64,000 nt of DNA from Vermamoeba vermiformis. Taxonomy: Eukaryota. Below the pieces are notes generated by a model, which was not told the origin of the DNA, did no database searches, and saw nothing but the letters and a program-made list of their open reading frames with translations. This document shows positions 12,401-24,211 of this stretch, piece after piece (positions within the stretch are counted from its first letter, which is position 1; each line of letters opens with the position of its first letter). The stretch covers positions 1 through 64,000 of the forward strand of contig JBEWZL010000081.1 of assembly GCA_045837725.1 (NCBI GenBank). The letters run 5' to 3'. Made by a program: the position numbers and the translations under genes.

Positions 12401-14195
12401 ACAAACTACAAAACATATTAATACGTAATAAATCAAACTAGAATAAAGTAAAGTGTCGATTTTAGTCTTGTTAAACGGTCGTAAATTAAAATAATAAAAG
12501 TCTCGAAATGGACCTAAACTGACAGATGTCATCTTGTCATACACAACACGAAAGTTGTGTATTTGACAGTACGCGTCCATGGGGACCGCTTGGTATCATA
12601 ATAATATAATTCTTTGTAAATTTAGCTAGCTTTCAAATTTCACTAACTTTACATAAAACTGCTTTAAATTAGACTCGACTTACCGCAGGTGTAACCGGGT
12701 GATTGGTTTACGCAAGTCGCAATAGTTGCGCAATTGTTCGTATTATTTGACGCGCACTCATCGACATCTTCGTCGCAATTAACTCCGGTCCATTGTGGAT
12801 CAGTGCATATGCACCCTCCTCGGGCCTCACACTTGCCGTGAGTCGTACTGCAAGTCGGACACACGCCTAAAACGAATTGAAATGAGAATCTATTCGGATT
12901 TGGCACTAGAATCTTTAAGAATTTTTCCGTTCTTTGTCGGATGCAAAGGTAAAATTAGACAAAGCGTTAAGATTTCTATCTAGGTGAGTTGTACTCGCTG
13001 TATGTCAGTATTGACGTGCATGGAAGAGAATTGTGCAGTACTTACAAGCGTCAGTAAAGCAATACGGCGTAAATGCAACAGGCATATCTTCGGTGCCCAC
13101 GTATTGGATCAACAACATGAAATCTGAGCCCATTGTATACATCTTTTGCATGGGATTCCAGAACACATATTTGTAGATCGTCGTATTTGTCATTTCTATA
13201 GGTACTTGGATCGTAGAATTGTCTGGCGCGGTCTCGTTAAAATAACCCCCGATATACGTCGTGTTTACGGTCACTGTAAAAGTGCTCCATGTATCGCACT
13301 TATTTAAATTAGTAACGATCTATATTATCAAGATTAAATAGCACCTACTTTAGGAAGCAAGTCCATGTTGCAAGGATCGGATGTTAAAACTGCGTATCTT
13401 GTAAGTGTTGAATTGGACATAATAGGACCACTAGCTACTCCTTGGAAAGTCTCTTGATAAATATTTGTTTCCATCGAGGCGTGCCCAAGCGTTCGGGAAT
13501 TTGCAAGCGACGAATCTGCAGCAAGTTTAGACGCAAGACTAAAAATAACTGTAAAATATCCAAAGCTTACTATCTAAATAGAGGTCAAAAATTGATGCTC
13601 CCAGCGTGCTATCTTCGAAATTATACGAATTCGCTTCTGTGGCTTCCGATCCGGGTAGCACGCACGCAAGTAGACCTGCAGGAGGAGCGTCGCTTTGATA
13701 AGTTACAAATACATCTCCAAATCTATATAAAGCTGCAACAACAGAGTTAGTAAGGAAGGTGGGACAAACGTTGTGACAGGATGCATCTTCAGAAAAAGCA
13801 ACGGCAACAAGGCAAAAATAATCAACAATTCATATTTCATCGGCGCCGTGCTATATTACATGATGCAGCCCATTGATACTAATAAATAAGTGTATGTACG
13901 CCGGTATGACAGTTTGCTGCATCCGACTGACTGAAACAAATACCGCACTAATTTGAAAGAAACGTTTATAATTATAAAGTCGAATGATTAAATAATATCA
14001 TTGAGAAGTAAGAAGCTTACCGGGGCAGCGCGGTTTATACAGGTAGTAAGTGTTTCCATCATCTGCTGTTATCGAAGTCAAAGTGCGCCACGATGCAGGC
14101 TGGCTGATTTGGAGGGTTGAATATTGGTTGGCAATGCAGAGGACAATAAGCAAGGCTAATAACCCTCGACTGTTCATGAACCGATGCGTTGCCAT
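9428..14195 (-). CDS. Receptor-type TKL protein kinase 3 (multi-exon), more divergent paralog
   Basis: Signal-like LLALLIVLCIA; EGF repeats (DVDECASNNTNNC, DFDECVAQPC); TM IVPAVVVPVTVVIAGVILLVFLL followed by KRRKKK; GDGAFGVVYKG, HRDLKLDN, DFG, YMAPE. The start could instead be the ATG at 14177. Confidence 0.9.
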
Positions 14196-14796
14196 AGCGG
14201 ATTTGAAATGCGACGACGGCAATCTACAGCGGGTTCGAAGAAAGGACCAACCCAATTATATGTGGTTGATGATTACGTTTTGGAACTCAAAAAAGAAGAA
14301 TTGCAAGACAGGGCGTGTTTTCCGATCCCAAAAGAGGCATGACGTCTTGTCACATCCGGATCCCGTGAAATTCGAATCACTGCTGAACGAAAGATTGAAA
14401 GTATACCAAATATAATAATATTATTCCACTCCATTCCACCGAGAATCCGAAGGTTTGAGCTTAAATAAAAGGATCCGTTACAAAAAATTTTAAATGTGAT
14501 TCTAGCGCTAGAATTTATATACCTTACGTTCCGCATGGCGAACGCTTTATTTATATATCGATTTAATTCTTGTTTTTGGCCTACCTTGACAATTGCAAAA
14601 GACCAAAGTACCAAACTCGATCGGCGTGCGTCTGTATTCGAATACACGGCTCACAATATCCCAAGTTGTGTTATCATTGCATGGCGAATAAGTTTTATTA
14701 AAGGGTTCCGTAGTGAGGTGTTCACTCGTAAACAGTTACAAAAAAATGCTGTACAATTTTATTTATTTTGGCGCCCTAACAAAACACCTCGTGTTA

Positions 14797-15840
14797 TTAG
14801 CCGTTAATGAACGATTCAAATTTGCTCGCGATTTCTCCGAGCGCCTCTTTAAATAGCAATTTTGTTTGTAGGCTTGCGAGCACTGGATCTTCGCTCACAT
14901 CCAACTTGTGAGTCGCCTGAGCTGCGGCGGTGAGAGACGTAACGACTACTGCAGTGCTGTCTACATCTCCGCCCATTCTAATCGCAAATTGCATTGCTGG
15001 AAGAATTCCGACAACGTGCTTAGCGATGTACAGAGCCGCGCCAAGGGTGAGTAGCGCGTTACACGGAACTCCCGTACCTTTCTTTAAAGCGTAGGCTTCA
15101 GTACCATCATGGTTATCTTCGACGCAAACAAGCTTTGTCGCTTCAACAGGAGCTTTGATGAAGGGAAGGCTGTCTAATCTCGCGAAATACGCTTTGACTC
15201 TCGCATCTTTTGCTAATTGAACAGCTTTTTGAATAACTTCTTGTACAGGCAATTGTTTGTAAGCTAATTGATGGACTAATAAAGCGAGGATACGCGAGCA
15301 GTCCACTGACACGGGATGGGGATGTGAAAATGTTGCGTCTTGCTCAGCAAATTTCGCAATTAAATTTTCATCTTTCAAATATCCTAATATATGTGCACGC
15401 ATCACGCTGCCGTTGCTAGGATTTTTGCCACTATTTGTTAGCTTATCCGATCGCCACGAGGTAAAATCTATCTGTCCTTGCAAAACTGGTTCTATGCCTC
15501 CCCACCACTTGCCCTTTTTAGACCACGTGATTAATTGGGTTTCTTTATCGTACATAGCCTGATACGACGCAAGCAAGCTCTCGAAAGACAGATTTGTGCC
15601 TGCTTTCATTACGGCGTCGATCAAGCCGAGTGTCATCCACGTATCATCCGTTATCATGCCTGGTTTGTATCCAGTATTGAATGTAGGATCATCTCCGCGG
15701 TCATGAAACTTGGACAAGTCGGTGCTGACAAGGGACTCGGCAGATTCCATTTCTAAGCCGCCTCCAAGGGCGTCTGCGATTGCAATAAGATTAATAATAT
15801 TGGTGATAGGAATATGTTGGGTAGTTGTGCTTGTGCTCAT
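14797..15840 (-). CDS. ADP-ribosylglycohydrolase (ARH/DraG family), intronless
   Basis: 347-aa ORF with the family motifs AIADALG, TDDT (metal binding), NGSVMR, SHPHP and GGDVDSTA. Confidence 0.88.
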   Translation of the reverse strand: MSTSTTTQHIPITNIINLIAIADALGGGLEMESAESLVSTDLSKFHDRGDDPTFNTGYKPGMITDDTWMTLGLIDAVMKAGTNLSFESLLASYQAMYDKETQLITWSKKGKWWGGIEPVLQGQIDFTSWRSDKLTNSGKNPSNGSVMRAHILGYLKDENLIAKFAEQDATFSHPHPVSVDCSRILALLVHQLAYKQLPVQEVIQKAVQLAKDARVKAYFARLDSLPFIKAPVEATKLVCVEDNHDGTEAYALKKGTGVPCNALLTLGAALYIAKHVVGILPAMQFAIRMGGDVDSTAVVVTSLTAAAQATHKLDVSEDPVLASLQTKLLFKEALGEIASKFESFING

Positions 15841-16288
15841 GATGTTAGTTTTGAAAGAGAATGAATTTTTCTTCTTGAGGCATTATTTTTCACCCCAGCG
15901 GCCCAAGACGACAACACGCGTTTATAATGTTTCACTACCAATACCAATTCCGAGTGGTTCGTGCAAATATTTCGCAGCTCTGTTCCTAGCTAGGCACACA
16001 AGCCACATCAACCGGTCTGATCGGACCGTTGTTCGGTAATTTTATTGACTTTAAAAATAAGTCGAGGTTAGAATTAATATTATTACATGCACTATTATCA
16101 TTTATGAATATCAAATATTTTTTTGTGTATTTTAAGCCGGACAGCCCGGAGCACGTGGCTTTTGCGTTATTTGATTGGTGCAAATAGGTGCAGAAATGCT
16201 GTCACGGTGTACGAAAGCGGGGTATTAGCGATTGAAACGAACCCAATTATTTACCAGAACAGATCACGTCGACCACATCTGCTGAACA

Positions 16289-19200
16289 ATGGCGCGACTA
16301 AAACACGCGTTGTTTGGCTTATTGCTACTTGGCATCGTTGCTGTTCACGGATCGTCTCAAATTAGGTTCGCAAACACCCAACTGAAGACATACTCGTACC
16401 TTGGCTTAGCCGCTCAGCCCAACGGTCCTATTAATGGGACGCTAACCACTAACATGGCTTCTGGAGACGCATTGCCCCTCAGCCCTTATCAGTCGTTACC
16501 CCAGCCTGGCCTGCCTTTCAACCAACTCGTCACGTTCTACGTTCACGATGTCGTTACTAACACGGATAGAGCGTTTGTAAATGCAACGCTGGCCGACAAT
16601 CAGAGCTATACTTTTGTTGCTGCGGGATCCGATGTGCCCTTGAAGCTGTTTAGCGTTGAAGAACGACCCTCTAATGCATCATTACTTGCGGGCAAAGCAG
16701 CGCTCAAGATCATCAACGTTGTTGGTACGCACCGTGTTGTTCCGCTAATAATTTCTACTAATTATTAATGTTTTTATTTCTTGGAATAGATTCTTCGTCT
16801 TACTCCTCGTTCTCTATTGAAATCTTTGACGGAACAAGCTTTGCTTATGCAAACGTCGCCTTTGGCACGTCCTCAAATTTCCTGGTATATGATGTGTCCA
16901 GTGTCTTGGTTTGGGGAGAGTTCGACTACCTCAACTCTTACTGTATGTCTATTAATCTTTGTTCCTCCGCGTTGACTAACACCAAACTCCAGCTCAAGTC
17001 AACGTGACGTTGCAACGAGACGCCACAACATTCCTCTACCTCCGTGGCACTAATGGTTCTGATTTAACTTGGAGCACATACGTTGTCCCTTTCACTCTTG
17101 TCGTCAATCCTCCTGTAAATAGCCCCGTTGCTCCTATCACTCCAACAAGCGCACCACAAACGGCACGCATTCGTCTCATCAATGGCGCTTTTTTCCCCGA
17201 TATCCGTGTCCCTGCTGTCATGCACACCATGAACTATCAGTACGTCATTACCAACAGCACAGCTACGTCTTCCTTGTTTCCCTATGACAACATTTTCGGG
17301 GAATACCTCACTGTTCCGAGCAACGTTCCGATCACATTCGTTGTTGATGGATTTAATGTCTACACCACATTGGTGCTGCCAAGCAACTCTCAATCCTCGT
17401 TAGTGTTTTACAACTCTATCAACGGAACCTATCATCTGCTTTACCTTGACGAAGCTCCAGCCCGAGCGACCTACCCTGAAAACCCCGAGTTTTCCAAGTA
17501 TCGTGTTGTAAATACAAGTAAGTACCAAGGCTTTACTAGTAGTCAATATTCTAACTCTTCCGAAAAGGACAGGGAGATACTTTGACAGTTTACGTGGATG
17601 GCGAGTGGTATTTCGGCACTCAAGTGACTTTCGGCTCGTACTTCGATGTTGTAGCTGGAAATATTTCGGATATCAGTTCCAGCGAATACTTTGGCAGCAG
17701 TAAGGGAGTCATAAATACATTTAATTCAGGCATGGTTTAACGTGCTGTGTAGGTTCGTTGCCACGAGGCCAACCTGATACACTGACTACCTACTACGTAC
17801 TTGGTCGTGTTGGTAGTTGGGATACATTTTATTGGATTGATGACGAAACTGAATTGCCGCCACCAACTTCTCAGGGCCCTGTTTGCGCTAACGGCTATGT
17901 CGAGACCACTGGCTATTGCAACTGTTACTCAGGGTAAACGCGAGATCTATCCCATGACGCACGCAAGGTCCAACGAACTAACGTACTTCGACTAGTTTCG
18001 CTAATGACTACAACTATCCCAATGTCAAGTGCTCCATGTCACCTCCTTACTGGTGTCCATCTGCAAACGCAACATCGTCTTCTACCGACACCGGAGCCGT
18101 TCCATCTCTTTATAACTTGTACGTCACTCGAAGCAACCTGGGTTTCAGTGTCTATTCTGCGTTCTTCCCTGGCAGACGTACGCTCATCGAGTTTCCAAAC
18201 CCTTCGTGCAACTTGATCAACAATCCAAGTTCTTACATCAAGAGTGTTGGTGGTTGCGCCGATCAATTTGACGTGCTGATTCCGTTCACTACTTGTGGCT
18301 TCACTAAGACTTCCAATCCCAACGAAGACGTCTACCGAGCTGAGATGCACGTAAAGCACATTGAATCCGTTCGGGTTAATGACAACACCATTGAACGCGT
18401 TATCGACACGCCCTTCACCCTTCTCATTCGCTTGCCTAAGAACATTGCGGTAAGTTCTAGCTTGTTTTCTTAGGCTCGACTAACAGTGGATAGATTGAAT
18501 CGAGCGTTGAGGTCATTGCAGCTCCCGTGTACACCGTGCCTCTCACTGCAGCCCTTGTTAGTCAAAGAGTTGATACTGCCACTCAAACCGCTCAACTGGT
18601 CTATGCTACTTCCGTCCCAGCTCAGTTCATCGTTGAAAGTGCTCAGGTGCAACAGCGCCCTTACGGAGTGAATGCTACCTTGCGCTTTTCAAGCACGAAC
18701 TGCACCTCGAACTATTGCTTGCAGTACTTAGTCATTGACCTCAAAATCGGCAATTGCGAGATCTCGGGTTACTATAGCATCGACGTGTCGATTGGCTGTC
18801 GCAACCAAACGAACTGTCCTACAGATGTTCAAGAAGCACCTGTTAAAGCCACCATTACTTCCACTATAGTCGCACAACGGTCCTGTGGTGATGCTTCAGT
18901 AGACGTTGGTCTTCAAGGCTCATTGAGAGCATACGACAGTCTTTCTTTCAATAGCCAATCCTTGTCTTTTGGCCCCGGACAGTAAGTGTTGACAAGGCGT
19001 CGTGTGGCAAGAATGCAGAACTAACACAACAGTGTACAGACCTGCCTACTTTTTGGTCAACACCAATTCACCCCAAGTTGTCATCTCTCACGTGACACTC
19101 GAACAAGTTTACTACCAAGGCCCTAATATTGCTGGTCACTTCCTGTTGACCAATGGTGGAAATGTCTCTTCTCGTGCCGCACACAACAACTTCACTTGGG

Positions 19201-19619
19201 GACAACTCTCGAGTTCTCAGTTGTGGTTCAGTTTCGACGTTACCGTTAGCAAGCTGGCTTCATATGAAGACACGATGTTTAAACTGGACAATGGTCAGAG
19301 TGGTGTATACTCTTTTACCGCTATCGTTGAAGTCGAGTGGATGTTGGACGGCACTCCGACCGCGAACGCACCTATAACCTTACCGTCACCCTTACCATCG
19401 TACAACTCCACCTATCCCTACCAATTCAAGAAGAGAGTGGCACTTCAAGGCACACTGTCGCAAGGCTCGCAGTTAAACGCTGAAGTACAGATCACTGGTA
19501 CTTCTTCTGTTCAACCTGATTCCACTGACAAAGGAACGGTATCTGCAGGCACTAGTTTTGCGGGTCTATTCTCTGTCTGCATAGCTTGTGTTGCTTTCTT
19601 GCTTACGTTGCAGATCTAA
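16289..19619 (+). CDS. Secreted, probably GPI-anchored multidomain surface protein: repeated DUF4397-like beta-sandwich units, an EGF-like segment and a ZP-module-like C-terminal region (multi-exon)
   Basis: Signal peptide MARLKHALFGLLLLGIVAVHG; repeated IRFAN/LKIINV/IRLING/YRVVN motifs; CANGYVETTGYCNC; FKKR site; Ser/Thr spacer and hydrophobic C-terminus with no cytoplasmic tail. Confidence 0.75.
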
Positions 19620-19862
19620 TCGATCTGGATGCGGACTAATGAATGATTGTACGTACGTTATTTCTGCATTAAACTGATACTTGTTGTTGCACTTTTTGTG
19701 AGGACAGCTGATGGGATTGATGGGAGACCGCGCACGTGAAATATTTATAAACAACCGACTCGCCGACGACGGTTTCTATGCCGGTATTTTACATCTGTCA
19801 CTTCTTCTGTTCTGATTTCGTTTTGTTTTAGTTCGATCAACAAAGCGACAGCACGAAGGAAA

Positions 19863-22469
19863 ATGCAACGAACTATTAACGCTCTTATTTTGCGTTATTT
19901 TTGGCGTACGGTTATGTCGATCTCATCCGACAGAACGCTCGATATGGTAAATGGTAGATGTGACGAGGATTGACCAGAAAAAATACTTCGAGCCGTGATG
20001 GGAGACTGATAGGCACCATAGTCATACGTTGATCTGCCGAACGCCCAGAAAAGAGCACGAAAATAGGCGAACCCGATGGACAAAGCTACACCCTAGTACA
20101 GCCAGAAGAAAAGCACCCGCGGACGCCATGGAAGACGAAGGTCCCGCCCCCACTCCCGAGAGACACGTCGACACCTCTTCCTTTAGCTGACAGTGACCTC
20201 TTCCAGATCAATTTCCATCCCCTACGGCAGCCACATTTTAACCCCGGAATTTTTACCTACCCTATATAGCAAGCCGCCCCAAGAACACGGGCAGAACACA
20301 GTCATCTAACGCGGAGAATTGGAACTCTTTGAAATTGCACAACTGGCTGAACTCAACGAAGCACCCATTCGGCACCAGTTCGGTACCACCAACGTCTGCG
20401 CCGGTGTCCCCTCCCCACCAACTCCTCGAGGCCATTATCATCAGGATTTCCGCGACGCCCAAATCGGAAATTGAGCGAAAAAGAACCGAAACCACAATTA
20501 ATGAACCAGATACTATCAATAATGTGGCACTCGACGAGCCTCATGCCGACGAACTTTTTGCCATTGATGACTTCCCTTCGACTTATGATCCCAGCTTAAG
20601 CTACCTCCGCTTCGTATTTTACAGGACCAATATTGCGAATTTTTTTATTATTTTAGTCCCTTGATGGCGTGCTACAGTAATTAGGCGAACCAAGACACCA
20701 CAAAATAAGCATTTTTTTTTAAGACCCCTTTGAATTAGTTCCATTCGACCCGACTGCCTGGAGTCATTCAACTGTCTCGTACGTAGTGAAGCAAGGCACT
20801 GCTTCGGGTATGTTTATTATGCAACATCAGATAATCGGCTAACGCCCTCAGTTATGCCACGGATACAACTCGCATTACAAATGCAGCGTTAGTTCACCCT
20901 CACTTTGTGAACAGACGACAGTTTAGTACGACACGTGCCATACAGATGAATATAGCAATAATTGACCTTCACCTTTGTCGCAGATGGTTCCCAACGTCGC
21001 ACGCCATGAACTTCCTAACTCCAAGCAGTTTCACAATAGTCCTCAATACTACAAAAGTACAACTGGGGCGCGAGGAAATTGACGTTACAATTCCTACACT
21101 GAGTGCGGTCACCAAGACCCGCACAACGAATTTACCGAGGCATGTACGTGAAAAAATGATCGTGTACTGTTGCTGGCTCGTCTTACGATCGAGTTATTGA
21201 TACTCCGATGCCTATTGCCATTCGTATGCCCAAGACCCTCGCTGTAGGTGTTCATTTGCGCATCTAACATGGAAATACTAACGTATTGCAAGATTCAATC
21301 TTACGTCCAAGTCTTTGGCCCTCCCAGCCTCGCTATTGACGCTGCTTTTGTTGGTCAAACGGTGAGCACTGAGTCTCAATCTGGTAACCTCCAGTACGTG
21401 TCTGCCGTGCAATTCCCGTTGCAGATCGAGACCGTGCAACTCGTTGATTTGCCTTACGGAGTTGACGCGTGGATTGAAGTCGTAAATGTCAACTGTACAG
21501 GCGTTGGTCCTTGCGTTCAGCGCCTTGAAATTCACGTCAACACCACCACCTGCTCAATCTCTGGTGTCTATCGCATGGTAGTTTCGCTTGGCTGCAGAAG
21601 CGAGCAAGGTTGTCCTGAGGAGGCCAAGAACGGTACTCAAGTCTACATCGAGTCGCGCATCGTGTCTCAAAGCTTGTGCGGCGAAGTGTCAGTGGACATT
21701 GATCTCAACGGTTACATTCAAGCTTTCACCGATCCAACTTTCTCAAACTACGCTCTGGCGTTCTATCCTGGACAGTACGTACATACAATTTACTTTAAAA
21801 TGTGAAGCCCCGGACTAACAGTTTTGCATCAGATCCGCTTACTTTTTGATCAGCGCGTTCTCGTCTCGTGTCAGCCTGTCAAAAGTGTCAGTCGAGTCTG
21901 TGTACTATTACGGCCCAAATGTCAACTACCAATATTTGTACTACAATACGAGTCTTACCAACGTTGCCATTGCCAACAACTTCAGCACTGGTTCATCAGG
22001 TCCCTCGCAAGCGTGGTTCGGCCTTGACATTAGCGTCAGCACACCCAACTCGGGCGACAACAGCACTTTGTTCAAGTTGTACCAAGGTCAAAACGGCGTT
22101 TACAACTTTGTTGCTGTTGTGGACGTCGAGTGGTTTGTGACTAACGGCTCAAGCTCGGTCACGCCTGTTGCTCCTGTAGTCCCTGTTGGCCCTTCAACTC
22201 CCAACGCAACGTCGAATTCCACCGCTCCAGTTGCGTTCAAGAAGAGAATGGTGCTGGCAGGCTCTTTGTCCAATCAAGGCTCGCAGTTCACCGCCCAAGT
22301 CCAGATCGCTGGTCCCACGCCTTCGTCGGTACAGCCTCCACAACAACAGCAACAAACACCGGTCACTTCATCAAAGCCTGACAGCGACCCTGTCTCAGCG
22401 ACCGTCTCGTTATCCAGCTCATTGTTTGTTGTCGCTATGACAGTCTTTTTTGGATTGTTCTTGCTGTAA
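19863..22469 (+). pseudogene. Tandem paralog of 16289-19619. The 3' part (from ~21165) is intact; the 5' part is broken by many small deletions (pseudogene, poor consensus, or needs editing).
   Basis: 3' exons align to the paralog with the same intron positions (DRVIDTP, LGCR, PGQ|xAYFL, FKKR, hydrophobic tail). 5' homology is visible only by switching frames. The start is approximate. Confidence 0.65.
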
Positions 22470-22662
22470 ATCGATCTTGAAGTTGAACTCCAAATCTTGT
22501 GTGCCTGCGTATTTCGGTTGGATAAAATGTCCACTACTCCTGCAGTTGTTCCGCAATTATAATCTGTTTGATTATCTTTGTCACGTCGACATTTCAATAG
22601 GAGCTAAAAGTAAACAGCACAACCCAAAATCTTTAATATTATGATCAATCAGAAGTAATCCA

Positions 22663-23874
22663 ATGAATAATATTCGTATTACCTTAGCCACAAGCTCGGT
22701 CATCAGTCTCTATGCAGTCGGTTGTTTCATCTGGAAACGCTTACGGAAATACAAACGAAGTCCGAGGCTAAATATGTACGACATTAATTTTTGTACAAAA
22801 GAAGCCACGTGAATAGAAGTTAAACCTGATTTTTTTTGGAATTCAGATCTGACAACGTTGCGGATTTACCACAAGAACTATGGCTAATTATTGTAGAAAA
22901 ATATCTATCAACTCACTTTGATACAAAGGACATATTAAATGTAGCTTTGGTGGATAAAGCAGCTTGTCAATTGGTAGAGAAAATGTATGCGAGGAGGATC
23001 TCGCCAGCTCAGCGCGTCAACCCTACCCAAGTATTAATCACACCTAAATTATGTTTCTTTATGAAGCGTAGATCGGAAGAAGCGAAGTTATGGCTCTCTT
23101 TGAACGAACCAAAGCCGATCTACGGACCTTGGCTAGAGAACAACTCTTTGAAAGCTCCAGAGACCGTCTTCAAGTTCATTATGCAGCTTATTCGAGAACC
23201 TAAGTGGTTTAAATACTATCTTACGAATGGACGAGCTATGAAGCGAGTTATATGGAATTTTGAAAATGTGCAGCGGATGGAGCCTTTAATGGGTGCCCTT
23301 AGAGTACGTGTTATAGGCCTATATTATACTTAATTAATATTATTATTTTCAATAGGCAATATTTTTGGCACCGTTCTTGGATTACTTGTTGAACAAATTT
23401 ACATCCGGCGAGTTTACTTGGTCAAATCTGCTGCAGATCAATATTGTCGAGTGGAGAACTGATCCATTTGCATTATTAATGCCCATATTAATGTTGGAAG
23501 CAAGTCACCCACTCGAGGTTAATTTCAAAAACTACCGTGGCGTACTATTTCGAGTGGTCTTATTTGCAGTGCTTGCAGGGTTCCATTACGGAGTTTTAGC
23601 GATGATATTACCATTTATGGTAATAATATTAATGGTTGCAGAGCCATTTAGATACATTAGCAACGATAGAGCGACAGCCGGGGCTGGTTTGACCGCGATC
23701 GTGTCCGCGATCTTCTTTCCAGCGACAGCGTATAGTCTGGCGTGCCTAATGTACACTCTATATGATGGTATAATGTTCAATAGAAGTTTGCCAAAGATTT
23801 CGTACAGAAGAAACTTTTTCTTGGCCGTTGGAATCACTCTCGCTGGGATCTTGTGGCTGATTAAGGGCAAATAG
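22663..23874 (+). CDS. Membrane protein with N-terminal anchor, F-box-like motif and C-terminal multi-pass TM region (3 exons)
   Basis: ATG at 22663; introns ~22776-22846 and ~23304-23355 keep the frame; ADLPQELWLIIVEKYL...LNVALVDK resembles an F-box; several hydrophobic helices at the C-terminus. Confidence 0.6.
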
Positions 23875-24211
23875 TCGCACTACGCTAACAATAAAGGTAT
23901 ATTGCTTCATCATTATAATACAAATTATTCTGATTGCAATTGTTGATTATGTTTCTTGCAGTCTTTGGTCAGCGCATCCACGAGTGGATGGTTTTTGTCA
24001 CGGAATGAAGCTAAAATCTCTGCTGCAGTTATTCGAGAAGTATTCGAAGAATCTCCGCAGGGAGCTGAAATGCGATGTAACATCGTATAACGATCCAGCA
24101 AGATATGTCAAGTTTAAGCACCAAATTTACAATCGAGGAGGGCGACAGGAAACGGTAAAAAAGCGAAAAAGATTTAACCTTTTTATTTTTATCTTTAGTG
24201 TCGAAAACAAC

